Source: Eledone cirrhosa (taxonomy: Eukaryota). From it: a stretch of 64,000 nt of DNA. Location of the stretch: positions 259,036,001 to 259,100,000 of the forward strand of contig OZ024743.1 of assembly GCA_964016885.1 (NCBI GenBank), written 5' to 3'. Position numbers and translations under genes: made by a program. This document shows, piece by piece, positions 28,681 to 42,807 of the stretch. The notes under the pieces were generated by a model. The model was not told where the DNA came from, searched no databases, and saw only the letters and a list, made by a program, of their open reading frames with translations. Within the stretch, counting starts at the first letter, position 1. Each line of letters begins with the position of its first letter.

Positions 28681-29102
28681 TACCTATCTACCGGCCCTTC
28701 TGGAGAATTGTAAAAGCACATATCGTTATATGCTTTTTCTATGAAAATTAGTAGTGGGCAGACTAATTTGCATATAGTGTGAGTACGCACCGGTTCAGCG
28801 GAGACGATAAAAACAAATAACGAAACGAAATTAAATTTCGTTTCGTTTGTAACTCACTTTTGTATGACTGACGCTTAAACAATTAAGTTAAAAAAATTAC
28901 ATCTACATATGCATACTGAAATACTAGTGTGTATATGAATACACACACGTATACATATGTATATGTAACAAGTCTTTCACTGGTTGCTTTACTGTGAGCA
29001 CCCAGCTATTCTGTATGTAAACACTCAGACAAACCGGTTTTTAGAGTCATACTGGTTTTTGAGGGAACACCTTCCCTCTATTCTCCAGAAAGCCAGACAA
29101 GG

Positions 29103-29147
29103 AATATTGAACTAGTTTCGTTGTTGTTACAACTCATCAGCAATATT
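29103..29147 (-). ncRNA. type I minimal hammerhead ribozyme, array copy 2
   Basis: Identical to 28636-28680. Confidence 0.88.
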
Positions 29148-29569
29148 TACCTATCTACCGGCCCTTCTGGAGAATTGTAAAAGCACATATCGTTATATGC
29201 TTTTTCTATGAAAATTAGTAGTGGGCAGACTAATTTGCATAGAGTGTGAGTACGCACCGGTTCAGCGGAGACGATAAAAACAAATAACGAAACGAAATTA
29301 AATTTCGTTTCGTTTGTAACTCACTTTTGTATGACTGACGCTTAAACAATTAAGTTAAAAAAATTACATCTACATATGCATACTGAAATACTAGTGTGTA
29401 TATGAATACACACACGTATGCATATGTATATGTAACAAGTCTTTCACTGGTTGCTTTACTGTGAGCACCCAGCTATTCTGTATGTAAACACACAGACAAA
29501 CCGGTTTTTAGAGTCATACTGGTTTTTGAGGGAACACCTTCCCTCTATTCTCCAGAAAGCCAGACAAGG

Positions 29570-29614
29570 AATATTGAACTAGTTTCGTTGTTGTTACAAC
29601 TCATCAGCAATATT
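29570..29614 (-). ncRNA. type I minimal hammerhead ribozyme, array copy 3
   Basis: Identical to 28636-28680. Confidence 0.88.
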
Positions 29615-29983
29615 TACCTATCTACCGGCCCTTCTGGAGAATTGTAAAAGCACATATCGTTATATGCTTTTTCTATGAAAATTAGTAGTGGGCAGACTAA
29701 TTTGCATAGAGTGTGAGTACGCACCGGTTCAGCGGAGACGATAAAAACAAATAACGAAAAGAAATTAAATTTCGTTTCGTTTGTAACTCACTTTTGTATG
29801 ACTGACGCTTAAACAATTAAGTTAAAAAAATTACATCTACATATGCATACTGAAATACTAGTGTGTATATGAATACACACACGTATACATATGTATATGT
29901 AACAAGTCTTTCACTATATATATATATATAAATTAATAAAACAATGAATAAACAAAGAAACATTTCCTTATATTAAAAAAATT

Positions 29984-30123
29984 CATCATTTTACGATCGT
30001 TTCTAGGATATATATGTGTTAGAGTTGGTATGCATATTCTATAGATCTATGTACAATATTTATACAAACTATCAGAGGGAATATACATACCTACACATAT
30101 ATATGCTGTCTTCAGAAATAATG
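29984..30123 (-). ncRNA. type I HHR with ~100-nt stem II region (partly decayed)
   Basis: CATTATTT-CTGAAGA-..atatatatgtgt...acacatatatat..-GAA-ACGATCGT-A-AAATGATG; 8-bp stem I; mismatches at base of stem II. Confidence 0.65.
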
Positions 30124-30754
30124 ATATTTGTTTATTGAAAAAAACAAAGATTCAATACAATAGGTCTGTTTGGGAACAGGTTTTGAATTGACCAATAGAG
30201 GGATAGTGAGGGTCAGGATAGTAATATATTAGTAGAAGAACCTTAAATTATGGGTAGAGGAAGGTAGATTTCAGTTTTGGATGGAAAAGAATATTATGAA
30301 TGAAGGATTATTTTAGGGAAGAAATAGGTCTTATGTTGACCTCAGAAATAATTTTATTTGTTCATTGAATAAAACCAACAAAGATCTAATATATTCTGTC
30401 TGTTTGGTAAGAGGTTTAGAATTAACCAATAGAAAGTTAATAATTGGCCAAATGGTAAAATAGTAGTAATTGAAGCTTATTTTAGGGGTGAAAATAGGTC
30501 AGGTGGTCAATAAAAGGTATACAAGCAGTTGCTGTTATAAAATAGTAATGCCAGTACAAATATCTAAGGTGACTAAAGTTTTAAGATAAGAATGTTAGTG
30601 AAAAAAATACATCTATGAAAAGAATATAAATTAATTTAATTGATGGGTATATTTATATTGATAAAATTATACTAATACATATAGATATGATAAATAAGAG
30701 TTAGATGCAGTTGAGAAGTGTTGTTAAAGATGAGGGGAAATAAAAGAATATAAA

Positions 30755-30787
<33 letters not shown>

Positions 30788-30818
30788 CTTATACATATAT
30801 ATACATATATATACACAT

Positions 30819-30883
<65 letters not shown>

Positions 30884-30928
30884 TATACACTTATATATAT
30901 ACATATATATACATATATATACACACAT

Positions 30929-30964
<36 letters not shown>

Positions 30965-31513
30965 ACATATACACATACATATATATATATATATATATAC
31001 ATAGATATATACATGCATACATACATACATACACATATATATACACACACATATACACTTATATATACATATAATTATTGGGGGGGGGGGGGGATTAAAT
31101 TTATTAGTGAGAAATAGTAAATATATATAGTTTTCAAGGAACATAGAGTCATAACCTGAAGTTAAAGCATTATATATGTTTACTTAATGGTATCAGTTTT
31201 AGGAAATGATATTTGTAAGAAGGAAAGCAAAATTATGTAGTTCATCAGTAGTAGAATATTAATTATAGGTTAACTAAATTAAAAATAGTATTATATTAAT
31301 TTCTAAAGTGTATATTAATTAGGTTTATAATTTTTAAAGCAGAATTATGTAGTTCATCAGTAGTAGAATATTAATTATAGGTTAACTAAATTAAAAATAA
31401 TTTATAAATTAATTTCTAAAGTGTATATTAATTAGGTTTATAATATTTAAAGGTTTTTCTCAGTTTATGATTACACGATATTATTAATTCCTGTCGCTTA
31501 TTTAATAGGATAT

Positions 31514-31551
<38 letters not shown>

Positions 31552-31563
31552 TTAATATAGATG

Positions 31564-31614
31564 AGATTCTACAGGACTAGAACTGTTTCATTCATTAGAA
31601 ATCATCAGGAATCT
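31564..31614 (-). ncRNA. type I HHR
   Basis: AGATTC-CTGATGA-tttc taat gaat-GAA-ACAG ttctagtc CTGT-A-GAATCT. Confidence 0.78.
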
Positions 31615-32339
31615 GGGCGTCAAAAAATAAATATGGTATTTATAGGTCTCTACAAGTGGTAGGAGAGGGTGGGGAGTGGGATGGGTGCAGGTCATTGGTT
31701 GATAGAAAAGGGAATTCATTAAAAGCTAATTCTACAAAGCTATAGTTAATTTTTATTTATATTTATTTATGTTTTTAGAGTAACAAAGGCAGACAGAATT
31801 CTATAAACAGGTTCCGGATGGCATACCATTCCTTGTCAATAAGTTTCTCTTAAGCTAACAGATGTCTATAAAATCAGTGGGGGGTCAGTCATGCTCGATA
31901 GAATTAAAGAAAAGGGAGATTCTTTAAAAGCTAAAGTCATTAAGGTTCTACTAAGTGACAAAGGTCTAGAGAATTCTGCAGACAGATTCAAAATACTGAG
32001 TGCATATCTTACTATTATCTTCGAACTTCTCTTAAACTAATCAACAATATGCCAAAAATCAACAGACACATTCACAAAAAAACAAAAAAACAAAAAAAAA
32101 CAGAAAAACAAAAAAGCAAAAAAACACACATAAAAAACAAAAAAACACACATACTCACTCACACACTTACGCGCAACCATAAACACACACACAAACACAT
32201 ATACACACATAAAAACACACACACATATATAAAAAAATATATAAATATATATAAATATATATTCATGTACACACACATACATACACACATACATACATAC
32301 ATATATAATACATATACACATATACATACACACACACAC

Positions 32340-32422
<83 letters not shown>

Positions 32423-32435
32423 CATACACACACAC

Positions 32436-32486
<51 letters not shown>

Positions 32487-32607
32487 GATACACACACACA
32501 TACACATACATACACACACACACACATATATACACAAATAAATACACTCACACGCATACATACAAACACGAGTATACATATGTATAAATATCTATACACA
32601 CACATAT

Positions 32608-32711
<104 letters not shown>

Positions 32712-32850
32712 ATACATATACATATATATACACATATATATATATATCCATACATACACAAACATACACAGACCTATACATAAATATACACATATATATA
32801 CAGACATATAACGCACATATACACACACATATACATATACATATATATAT

Positions 32851-32917
<67 letters not shown>

Positions 32918-33035
32918 TACACATACACATACATACATACATATATACATATATATATACACATACACACGCGCATACACACATACACACACCCACACAC
33001 AAAATATATATACACACACTCTCTCTCTCATGCAC

Positions 33036-33096
<61 letters not shown>

Positions 33097-33127
33097 CATA
33101 TACATATATATATATATACACATATAT

Positions 33128-33166
<39 letters not shown>

Positions 33167-33233
33167 CATACATATACATACATACATACACATACATATA
33201 CACATATATATACACACACATATATACACACAT

Positions 33234-33264
<31 letters not shown>

Positions 33265-33276
33265 CATACATACATT

Positions 33277-33318
<42 letters not shown>

Positions 33319-33429
33319 CATGTATACATATATACATACATACACATATACACACACATACACATACACATACACATATATATACATATATATACATATA
33401 TACACATACACACACACATATATATATAT

Positions 33430-33460
<31 letters not shown>

Positions 33461-33553
33461 CTCACATTCATATACATACATATACACACACACACATAGA
33501 CGCATATACATATATACATACAAATACACACACATACACATATATATATATAT

Positions 33554-33601
<48 letters not shown>

Positions 33602-33659
33602 CTGCCCACACAATCATATACATATATACATATATATATACACACACACACACACGCAC

Positions 33660-33690
<31 letters not shown>

Positions 33691-33711
33691 TACATATACA
33701 TATATACATAT

Positions 33712-33789
<78 letters not shown>

Positions 33790-33815
33790 ATACACACATA
33801 CATACATATACATGT

Positions 33816-33856
<41 letters not shown>

Positions 33857-34007
33857 TATATATATATACATATACACACACATACATATACACATATATA
33901 TACACACATATACACACACATACATACATACACACATACACATACATATACATAAACATACACATACACACATATACATACATACATACATACACATATA
34001 TACACAC

Positions 34008-34058
<51 letters not shown>

Positions 34059-34134
34059 CGTACATATACACAAACACATACATACATATACATACATAAA
34101 TATACACACATAAAACACATATATACTCAAACAC

Positions 34135-34201
<67 letters not shown>

Positions 34202-34275
34202 CATACATATACACAAACACATACATACATATACCTACATAAATATACACACATAAAACACATATACACACAAAC

Positions 34276-34324
<49 letters not shown>

Positions 34325-34487
34325 TACACATATACACATATACAAACAAATATATACACATACAAGTAAATAGGTACTCAATAAATATACGCATATACGC
34401 AGGCACATAAAGACACCTCTACAGGCAGAAAATGTAGATACGAAAGAGGTACTCACATAACCAATTTTTTGATATTTTTTGATACCC

Positions 34488-34538
34488 AGATTCCTGATGA
34501 TTTCTAATGAATGAAACAGTTCTAGTCCTGTAGAATAT
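34488..34538 (+). ncRNA. type I HHR (same family as 31564; further copies 34935-34984 on - and a weakened 34995-35041 on +)
   Basis: AGATTC-CTGATGA-tttc taat gaat-GAA-ACAG..CTGT-A-GAAT. Confidence 0.75.
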
Positions 34539-34643
34539 CATCTATATTAAAACTGTTATACTCTGCTATGTATTGAGTACCTTACTTACTGTGGTTACCT
34601 CCGATTCAACCCGGAATTACGTATATATATATATATATATATA

Positions 34644-34785
34644 TATTAATAAAAGGAATTCCAACTTTGTCTGATTTACTCGTTTTATTTACAATCCCTT
34701 AAAATTTATAATGGTATTAGAATTTTAAAGGATTGTAAATAAAACGAGTAAATCAGACAAAGTTGGAATTCCTTTTATTAATATA
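34644..34785. repeat. near-perfect hairpin with ~60-bp arms at the centre of a larger inverted repeat
   Basis: ATTAATAAAAGGAATTCCAACTTTGTCTGATTTACTCG... and its reverse complement ending near 34783. Confidence 0.85.
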
Positions 34786-35043
34786 ATCTTCTATACACAA
34801 TCATACACATCCGTGTATATTTATCTATCTATCTACATATATATATATATACGTTATTCCGGGTTGAATCGGAGGTAACCACAGAAAGTAAGGTACTCAA
34901 TACATTGCAGAGTATAAAAGTTTTAATATAGATGAGATTCTACAAGACTAGAACTGTTTCATTCTTTAGAAATCATCAGGAATCATTAGTAATCTCCTGA
35001 TGATTTCTAAAGAATGAAACAGTTCTAGTACTGTAGAATCTCA

Positions 35044-35111
<68 letters not shown>

Positions 35112-35125
35112 TATATATATATATA

Positions 35126-35167
<42 letters not shown>

Positions 35168-35178
35168 CATATATGTAC

Positions 35179-35254
<76 letters not shown>

Positions 35255-35929
35255 ACATATATATATGTATACATATATATATATGTGTGTGTGTGTGTAC
35301 ATTCATACATACATACAACCATGTAATTGTACAGACGTCCATGCATACGTAAAGTCGTCTAAAGGAAATAGGAGTATGAGGTGATTTTTTTATAAATGCA
35401 GAATTGATTCATTTCTTTTAATTGAATAAATATTTGTTTGGAAAATTCAAATTTAAGTTACCAATGGCTACAATATTAAAATAACGAAGTCTGAGATTCC
35501 AAACTAAGATATCAATTGATATTTACCTTTACTTTGAAACATACAATCTGTCACCCACTAATTACTCTGTTATGATAATTATATGAGAAGAAACCATGTA
35601 AATTATCACGAGCGTCACTTAATATTTAAATAAGAACAAGAAAATAATTATGTGTATTTTATAATATATTCTTATTATAAATCAGTTAATATGTGATTAT
35701 TATTCTCTATTCTTTACTTTTGATGCCTTTGTATTTCATACAAATTTGCAATATTTAATTGTTATATTTAGGAAATCAGTGATAATTATACATTAACAGT
35801 ATTAGCAGAAAACCGCCAATCGGGCGGTTTTCTGCTAGCATATGTAGTGTGCATATTGGTATTATACGCAAATATATATATGTAAATTGAAAAGTAAATT
35901 GACAATATCTTCTTCGCTCACTTATTTCT

Positions 35930-36540
35930 GAGAGGGTCTTGTGGGGTAGAGTCCTTCTCAAACACTCCTTCCAGCGAGTCTGTCAGAAGCAAACACCTCT
36001 AACGGATGCAGCTGGATCCCAAAGTGCGACCAGCCAAGGTCATGGATGTTATCCAACTATCTTGCTCATGGTGTACCTCTGGGTCCCTTGACGGTTGGTT
36101 TTGTCTGTAAAATGTGTCCAGTGATTCTTTACTGAGACATTCTAACCACATGCTCATAATATTGGAGTTGTGATCTCTCAATTCGGAGAAGTAGCGGCTC
36201 TACCAGTTGTGACTCTCTGGTCTCTGAGCTATGCACTTTATCGAGTAACGTCACTCCAAAGACCCTTTGGAGGAATCCCATTTCTGCCGCTTTTATTTGC
36301 AATTGTATTCGTTTGGTCATTACTCAAGATTCATGATCCTCAGTAAAGGTTGGCAGGAATACCAGGAAGACAGCGAGTTTGGCTTTATACCTACCCCCTT
36401 CTTCTGATTGCTGAACGCTGAAGCTGGCGGATTACTGCAATTCTTGCACTTAATTCAGCCTCCTGCATTCCATCACTCATGAACACGGCTCCAAGATACT
36501 TGACCTTCCCTAACTGCTACAGTAGAACTCCATTCACATG
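35930..36540 (-). mobile_element. degenerate RTE-like LINE 3' fragment
   Basis: IKAAEMGFLQRVFGVTLLDKV..EPLLLRIERSQL..HVVRM. Confidence 0.75.
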
Positions 36541-36732
36541 TATATAAATTTGAGGGACTTCTGACCACCCGTCCATCACACAATGTGTATGTGTGTTTGT
36601 GTGAATGTATCTGTGTGTAAAAGGAAGGAAAGGGATACACACATATATGTCTCTAACTTAAAAACAGTGACACGCACACACATGTCTCTAATTTAAGAAC
36701 ACCGACAAACTCGCGCGTGCACATACACAATT

Positions 36733-37440
36733 TTGGAACCATCTGGGTTGTCCAGAATTGATGGGAAAAGACTTGACGGTCTTACTCTGTGCTCCTGGTC
36801 AAGAGGCAGGTGCCTTACTTGGGATGTCACAGTTAGTGACTCATTTGCTTTTTCTCACATCCTGGATACAGCGGTAAGGGCGAGAGCTACAGCATCTGCA
36901 GCTGAATGCAACAAAATCCTAAAATACCGTGTTCTATCAGCTAACTACATTATCCAGCCTGTGGTGTTCGAGACGTTTTAGTGGAGTCGGGCTACTGACA
37001 GCGAGGTTCTTATCTTCACTGGCGGCTCAGCAAACAGAGGTAACTGGTGATGCTCATGAGGGCACTTGGTTGTTCCAGCACCTCAGCCTCGCCATTACCC
37101 CAGGTAACGCTGTGAGCCTGCTGGCTTGCCTCAAAAATTATTGGAGAGATTCCCCAGTGCTCCTCGCTATATTGCTATCTTTTGCTCTGGTAGCGTCTCG
37201 TTTCCATTCTTTCGCCTGCATATTGTTCTATGGGGTCTAAGATGTGGGTATTACGTGCTTGTGTATTTTTTCTCTTTCTTTTTTTCCTTTCCCTTTCCTT
37301 TGTATATATTATATTTGTTAGTGTTTTCGTTCTGTAATCATTATATTAAATTTTTATACAAATGAGTTTAAAAAAAAGTTAAACTGTGTTGTTAATAAAT
37401 CAATAAAAAGTTGTACTTTTACCCTCACATTTCCAATTCA
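36733..37440 (+). mobile_element. CRE-like non-LTR retrotransposon 3' end (restriction-like endonuclease); partial duplicate at 37536-37915
   Basis: EPSGLSRxDGKRxDGLTLxxWSRGRCLTWDVTVSD...K..KY...P..FET...AIxxGNA. Confidence 0.75.
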
Positions 37441-39169
37441 CCGAACGCTATCATGATTGTATGAGGGTATTTATGTAAATGTATATGTGTGAATGTATAT
37501 ATGTGTTTGTGTGAAAGTATGTGTATTTGTGTGAATGGGACGTCACAGTTAGTGACTCTTTTACTTTTCCCCACATCCTGGATGCAGCGGTATGGGTGAG
37601 AGCTACAGCATCCGCAGCTGAACGGAAAAAATCCTAAAATACCGTGTTCTGTTAGCTAACTACATTATCCAACCTATGTGGTCTTAGATGTGTGCATTAC
37701 ATGCTTGTGTATTTTTTTCTCTTCCTTTTTTCAATTTCCTTTCCTGTGTATATATTATATTTGATTGTGTTTTCGTTCTGTAAGCATTATATTAAATTTT
37801 TATACAAATGAGTTTAAAAAAAAAAAGAGTTAAACTGTGTTGTTACTAAATAAATAAAATGTTATACTTGTTTTATCCTCCCGTTTCCAATTCCCCGAAC
37901 GCTATCATGACTGTATGTGTGTGTTTGTGTGAAAGTATGTGTATTTATCTGAATGTTTGTCCGTGAGGGTGTACTTTTATAAGTTTGTGTTTGCGCGAAT
38001 ATAGTTATATACTCATAATAATTATACGATTATAGTTATATACTCATACATATAGATGTATGTATGTGCAAAATCATACGCGTTTCTCTATCTCTCTCAT
38101 CACAAACTCTCTTTTTCTATATACATGGTAGTTGAAGTGGTGGTGGTGGCGACGATATATCAGAAGTGTAGAAATTTGTAACTTTGAAAAGAAGTCAATT
38201 TTAAATTATTTATAAATACGAAATTTAGTTACGAAATTATGTAATATTCATTCATTATTTATTCAAAGTAATCGAACTTATTATACAAACGGGATAAAAA
38301 AAATTATTCTGGATGGAGTCCCGCACTCCTTACTTTATTATAGTTTAGATTTGGTTGTAGTGAAACAATAGACTTCTGGAATAGAATGGACCGCTGTTGG
38401 TTTCGGCGATGAGTGTTCCAGTTATTCAATCATCGGATTAGTTTACTCATGAAATTAACGTGGAAGTGATTGAGCATTCCACAGACGCGTGTGTATTTAA
38501 AGTAATTCAGCATGGTAATATGTGACAATTACAGGTGCAGTTCATCTGACATGCTTTTAAACAGTTTCTATCTACCCAACTTACCTCACAAGGCTTGGGT
38601 CGACTCGAGTCTATGGTAAATTACACTCGATCAAGATGCAACGCAAAGGATCGAGCCCAGGACCTAATGATTGCGAAGCAAAATTAACCATTGCGTCATA
38701 CTGTCTCCATAACGCCGGTGTAAGTGCACACATTCTTGTTGGGTATGCTGAAACGTTTTGTAGTGAATACTGAGGAGTAGAGGTTAGGTTGCAGTGATTT
38801 TTACCCACATCCCAGTTTCGAATCCTAGTTAGACACATTTTGATATCGAGAGAACCTAAATGTCATACACTGAAAATATGAATATATTGGCTTTGTACTT
38901 TAGAAATTGGTGACATGGTGTGCTGAAAACAACCACCTCTGTGCTGAACATTGAGAAGATTTAAGGATTTAATTGAGGGCTAGTGTAGGCTGAGAGGTCT
39001 CATAAATATTCTCCTTTCTCTACGTGAAACACATCTTCAGCTTAAGTTTTCTTTTGACTTGAATATTTCTGAGATTCTTTCATGGGTCTAAATTTCCAGT
39101 CCTGCAGCATCTGTACTATCTTAGGACACACACGCACACGTACACGCACACGCACACGCACACACACAC

Positions 39170-39175
39170 ACATAT

Positions 39176-39274
<99 letters not shown>

Positions 39275-39428
39275 CATATATATACATATATATATATATG
39301 TATATATATATACATATATATATGTTTATATATATGTATATATATATATATATGTATATATATGTATATATATATATGTATATATATGTATATATATATG
39401 TATATATATAAATATGTATATATATATG

Positions 39429-39475
<47 letters not shown>

Positions 39476-39588
39476 GTATATATATGTATATGTATATATG
39501 TATATATATGTATATATGTATATATATGTATATATATATATATGTATATATATGTATATATATATATATGTATATATGTATATATATG

Positions 39589-39619
<31 letters not shown>

Positions 39620-39992
39620 GTATATATATGTATATATATATGTATATATGTATATATGTATATATATATATGTATATATATGTATATATATATGTATATA
39701 TGTATATATGTATATATATATATGTATATATATGTATATATATATATATGTATATATATGTATATATATATGTATATGTATATATATATGTATATATATA
39801 TGTATATGTATATATATATGTATATGTATATATATATGTATATATATATGTATATGTATATATATATGTATATATATATGTATATGTATATATATATGTA
39901 TATATATGTATATATATGTATATATATATATGTATATATATATATATGTATATATATATATGTATATATATATATATGTATATATATATATG

Positions 39993-40023
<31 letters not shown>

Positions 40024-40499
40024 GTATATATATATATGTATATATATATGTATGTATATATATATGTATATATATATGTATATGTATATATATATGTATA
40101 TATATATATATGTATATATATATATGTATATATATATGTATATATATATATGTATATGTATATATGTATATATATATATGTATATATATATATGTATATA
40201 TATATATGTATATATGTATATATATATATGTATATATATATATGTATATATATATATGTATATATATATATGTATATATATATATGTATATATATATATG
40301 TGTATATATATATATGTGTATATATATATATGTGTATATATATATATGTGTATATATATATATGTATATATATATATATGTATATTTATGTATATGTATA
40401 TTTATGTATATTTATGTATATGTATATTTATGTATATTTATGTATATATATATATATGTATATTTATGTATATGTATATATATATATATGTATATATAT
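39170..40499. repeat. compound (TA)n/(TATG)n microsatellite
   Basis: Direct inspection; source of spurious YI-rich ORFs. Confidence 0.95.
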
Positions 40500-41380
40500 C
40501 ATCATTGAACACAACAGAATATCTAATACACAACCACCCACTAATAGGCAAACAAAACGTAACACACTTGTACAGGCATCGCAGCCCACCAATAATGCCA
40601 AAGTTGCCCATGACAAGAATTGTAACTGCCACCTACCTGAAACCTGTCCATTACATAATGAGTGTATGCAGTCTAACCTGGTTTACCAATGCACAGTGGA
40701 ATCAGACAACCAGAAATGGTATTACATCGGAGAGACTGGGAATACATTTAAAGCCCGTTGGTATACACACCCTTACGCAATGAAACATTCCCAGCATCGT
40801 TATGTAACTACCCTTGCAAACAAGACCTGGCAACTGAGGGAAAGTAATCATCAATACACTCTGAAGTGGAAAAAATTATCGAACGCGCCCCCATATCGGA
40901 GTGGTATGAGAAGCTGTCGATTATGTGACCTTGAGCTGTTCCATATTTTGAGTTCGAAGAATAAGTTACTCAACAATAAAATCGAAAGATCAATTTATTG
41001 TAACCATATACTCGAAGAAAAGTTTTCGCACTACAAGTGCAAATCGAACCCTTAACCTCTTACTACCAACTGACCAACTGCATATACTTTATATCCTCTT
41101 ATTGTATCTAAACCCTTTTAATTACCCACAAAAACCAATACCTATATTCATTCCTCTTCTATTTCTTCGTTTTCTTCCTTCCTTCCCTCCCCTTTTTGGC
41201 TATCTTTACTTTTCTTCTTTCTCCCTCTTCTTTGCTTTTATTTTTGTCATTATTATCTTTATCTTTATTTTTTTATATATATATTTATCTCTTTATATCT
41301 CCTCCCCCTCTCTCTATATATATATCCATCCCACCCACTATAATCAATTTAATTCTCTTTAACTCACTACATTCCACGAC
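40500..41380 (+). mobile_element. Penelope-like element 3' fragment, GIY-YIG endonuclease (Naiad-like)
   Basis: CNCHLPETC (CxCx5C) PLHNEC...LVYQC...[15 protein letters not shown]...CRLCDLE; ORF ends 41055. Confidence 0.8.
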
Positions 41381-42015
41381 ATGAAGTCTACATGTCAAAG
41401 GATGAGGATGATAAGAACAATAATAATAATACTTGTTTCTACTTTAGGCACATGGCCAACAATTCTTTGGGGAAAGGAAAGTCGTACATGTTATTGTCAC
41501 TAGTGCTGTTGTTCTGTCACCGATAATCTTGCGTTGTTGTATTGGTGGTTGTGATGCCGGTGATATTGTTTCCTTTGTCATTTATCGAAAGTATATTTTC
41601 TCTTCCGTTCAAAAAAGAGAAGTTTTTGTTTAGGTCCATTTTGCTTTTGGTAGGTTTTGTTGTTGTTTTGGCAGTACTAATAGTGGAACTATTGACATCT
41701 TCTGACTGTGATAGAAAAAGGGCCGTTATTATGGCAAGGAGAGGACTGCAAAAGTGGTGTTAGCTCTCTGCCCTATTCTTCTCCATGTTGTTCGTTTGAC
41801 TCCATTTTGAAAACAAATCTCTGATAAAACAGAACATTTCAAATGAAAAAGTAAAAGAAATACGCCCATTAGGGCCAGAAATTTAGGGTCACTTCATTTA
41901 AACAAGCAATAAAACTCTGAATATCTGGTAATAATTTCCAAAACAAATCTCCAAAGACAGATTACTAGAGACAAAACTCAGGAGCTGTAATAACACAGAC
42001 ATAACGAGTACTGTA

Positions 42016-42202
42016 ATAATTGTTTCTACTTTTGGCACAAGGCCAGCAAATACCCAGTACATTACTGGTACTTTATTTTATCGACCCCGTAAGGATGAAA
42101 GGCAAAGTCAACCTCGGCGGGATTTGAACTCAGATCGTAAAGGGACATAACTATGCTGGAAAGCATGGCGTCCGACCCTCTACCGATACTGCCAATCCAC
42201 CG
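42016..42202 (-). mobile_element. tRNA-derived SINE, same family as 7282
   Basis: Reverse complement of the 7282 element; flanking CTGTAATAAT duplication. Confidence 0.85.
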
Positions 42203-42634
42203 CTGTAATAATAATAGTCATTAAGTATTCTAAATTGAAACTAGTGATGGCAGTATTGTTTGTAATGCAAGAGGGTAATGTAAAAGTGATACCAGTTGTG
42301 ATCGGAGCACTAAGGTCGATCTCATTTATACTTTAAGACTTCTTAAAGCGGTTAGAAATTCTATGCAATATTGGTGACATACAAAAATTCAGCCTAGCTA
42401 GGTACTGTGTCCATTTTAAGGAAGCTATTATTTGTCTGAGGTCCTTGGTGTGACTTGACAGATGACTAACATCTCCGGTGCATTAATTATATTCACTGCG
42501 TCACAAAGTGATAATGATGATATTGATGATGATGATGATGATAATGATGATGATTATCATTATTATTTACTCATTGTTTTTGTGTAAGTTGTTTAAGTGC
42601 GCTACAATTCTTTGTTGATTCTATTTATTTTCAG

Positions 42635-42771
42635 ATGTGACTATTTTTGATAATAATCGTAATGGTAAGCAAGAAAATCTCACTATCTTAACCAGTTCTG
42701 GTATTGGAGTTCAAGTGTCTGCTAAATATGGTATGATGCAACTGGTTGTAGTCACACCACCAAACTATAAA
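42635..42771 (+). CDS. mesh/SUSD2-like gene, VWD exon (after 35.8-kb intron)
   Basis: ttttcag acceptor, GTAAGT donor; DVTIFDNN...LTILTSSGIGVQV...VVVTPPNYK; phase 1-0, continuous with the 6857 donor. Confidence 0.88.
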
Positions 42772-42807
42772 GTAAGTATAATTCTCAAACATCCTATAAA
42801 CACTCTC

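Larger units (their letters stand above)
28414..29915 (-). repeat. tandem array of a 467-bp HHR-containing unit (3.2 copies): candidate non-LTR retrozyme
   Basis: Identical landmarks at 28634/29101/29568 (period 467); near-identical copies; (TA)n flanks; no long ORF. Confidence 0.88.
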
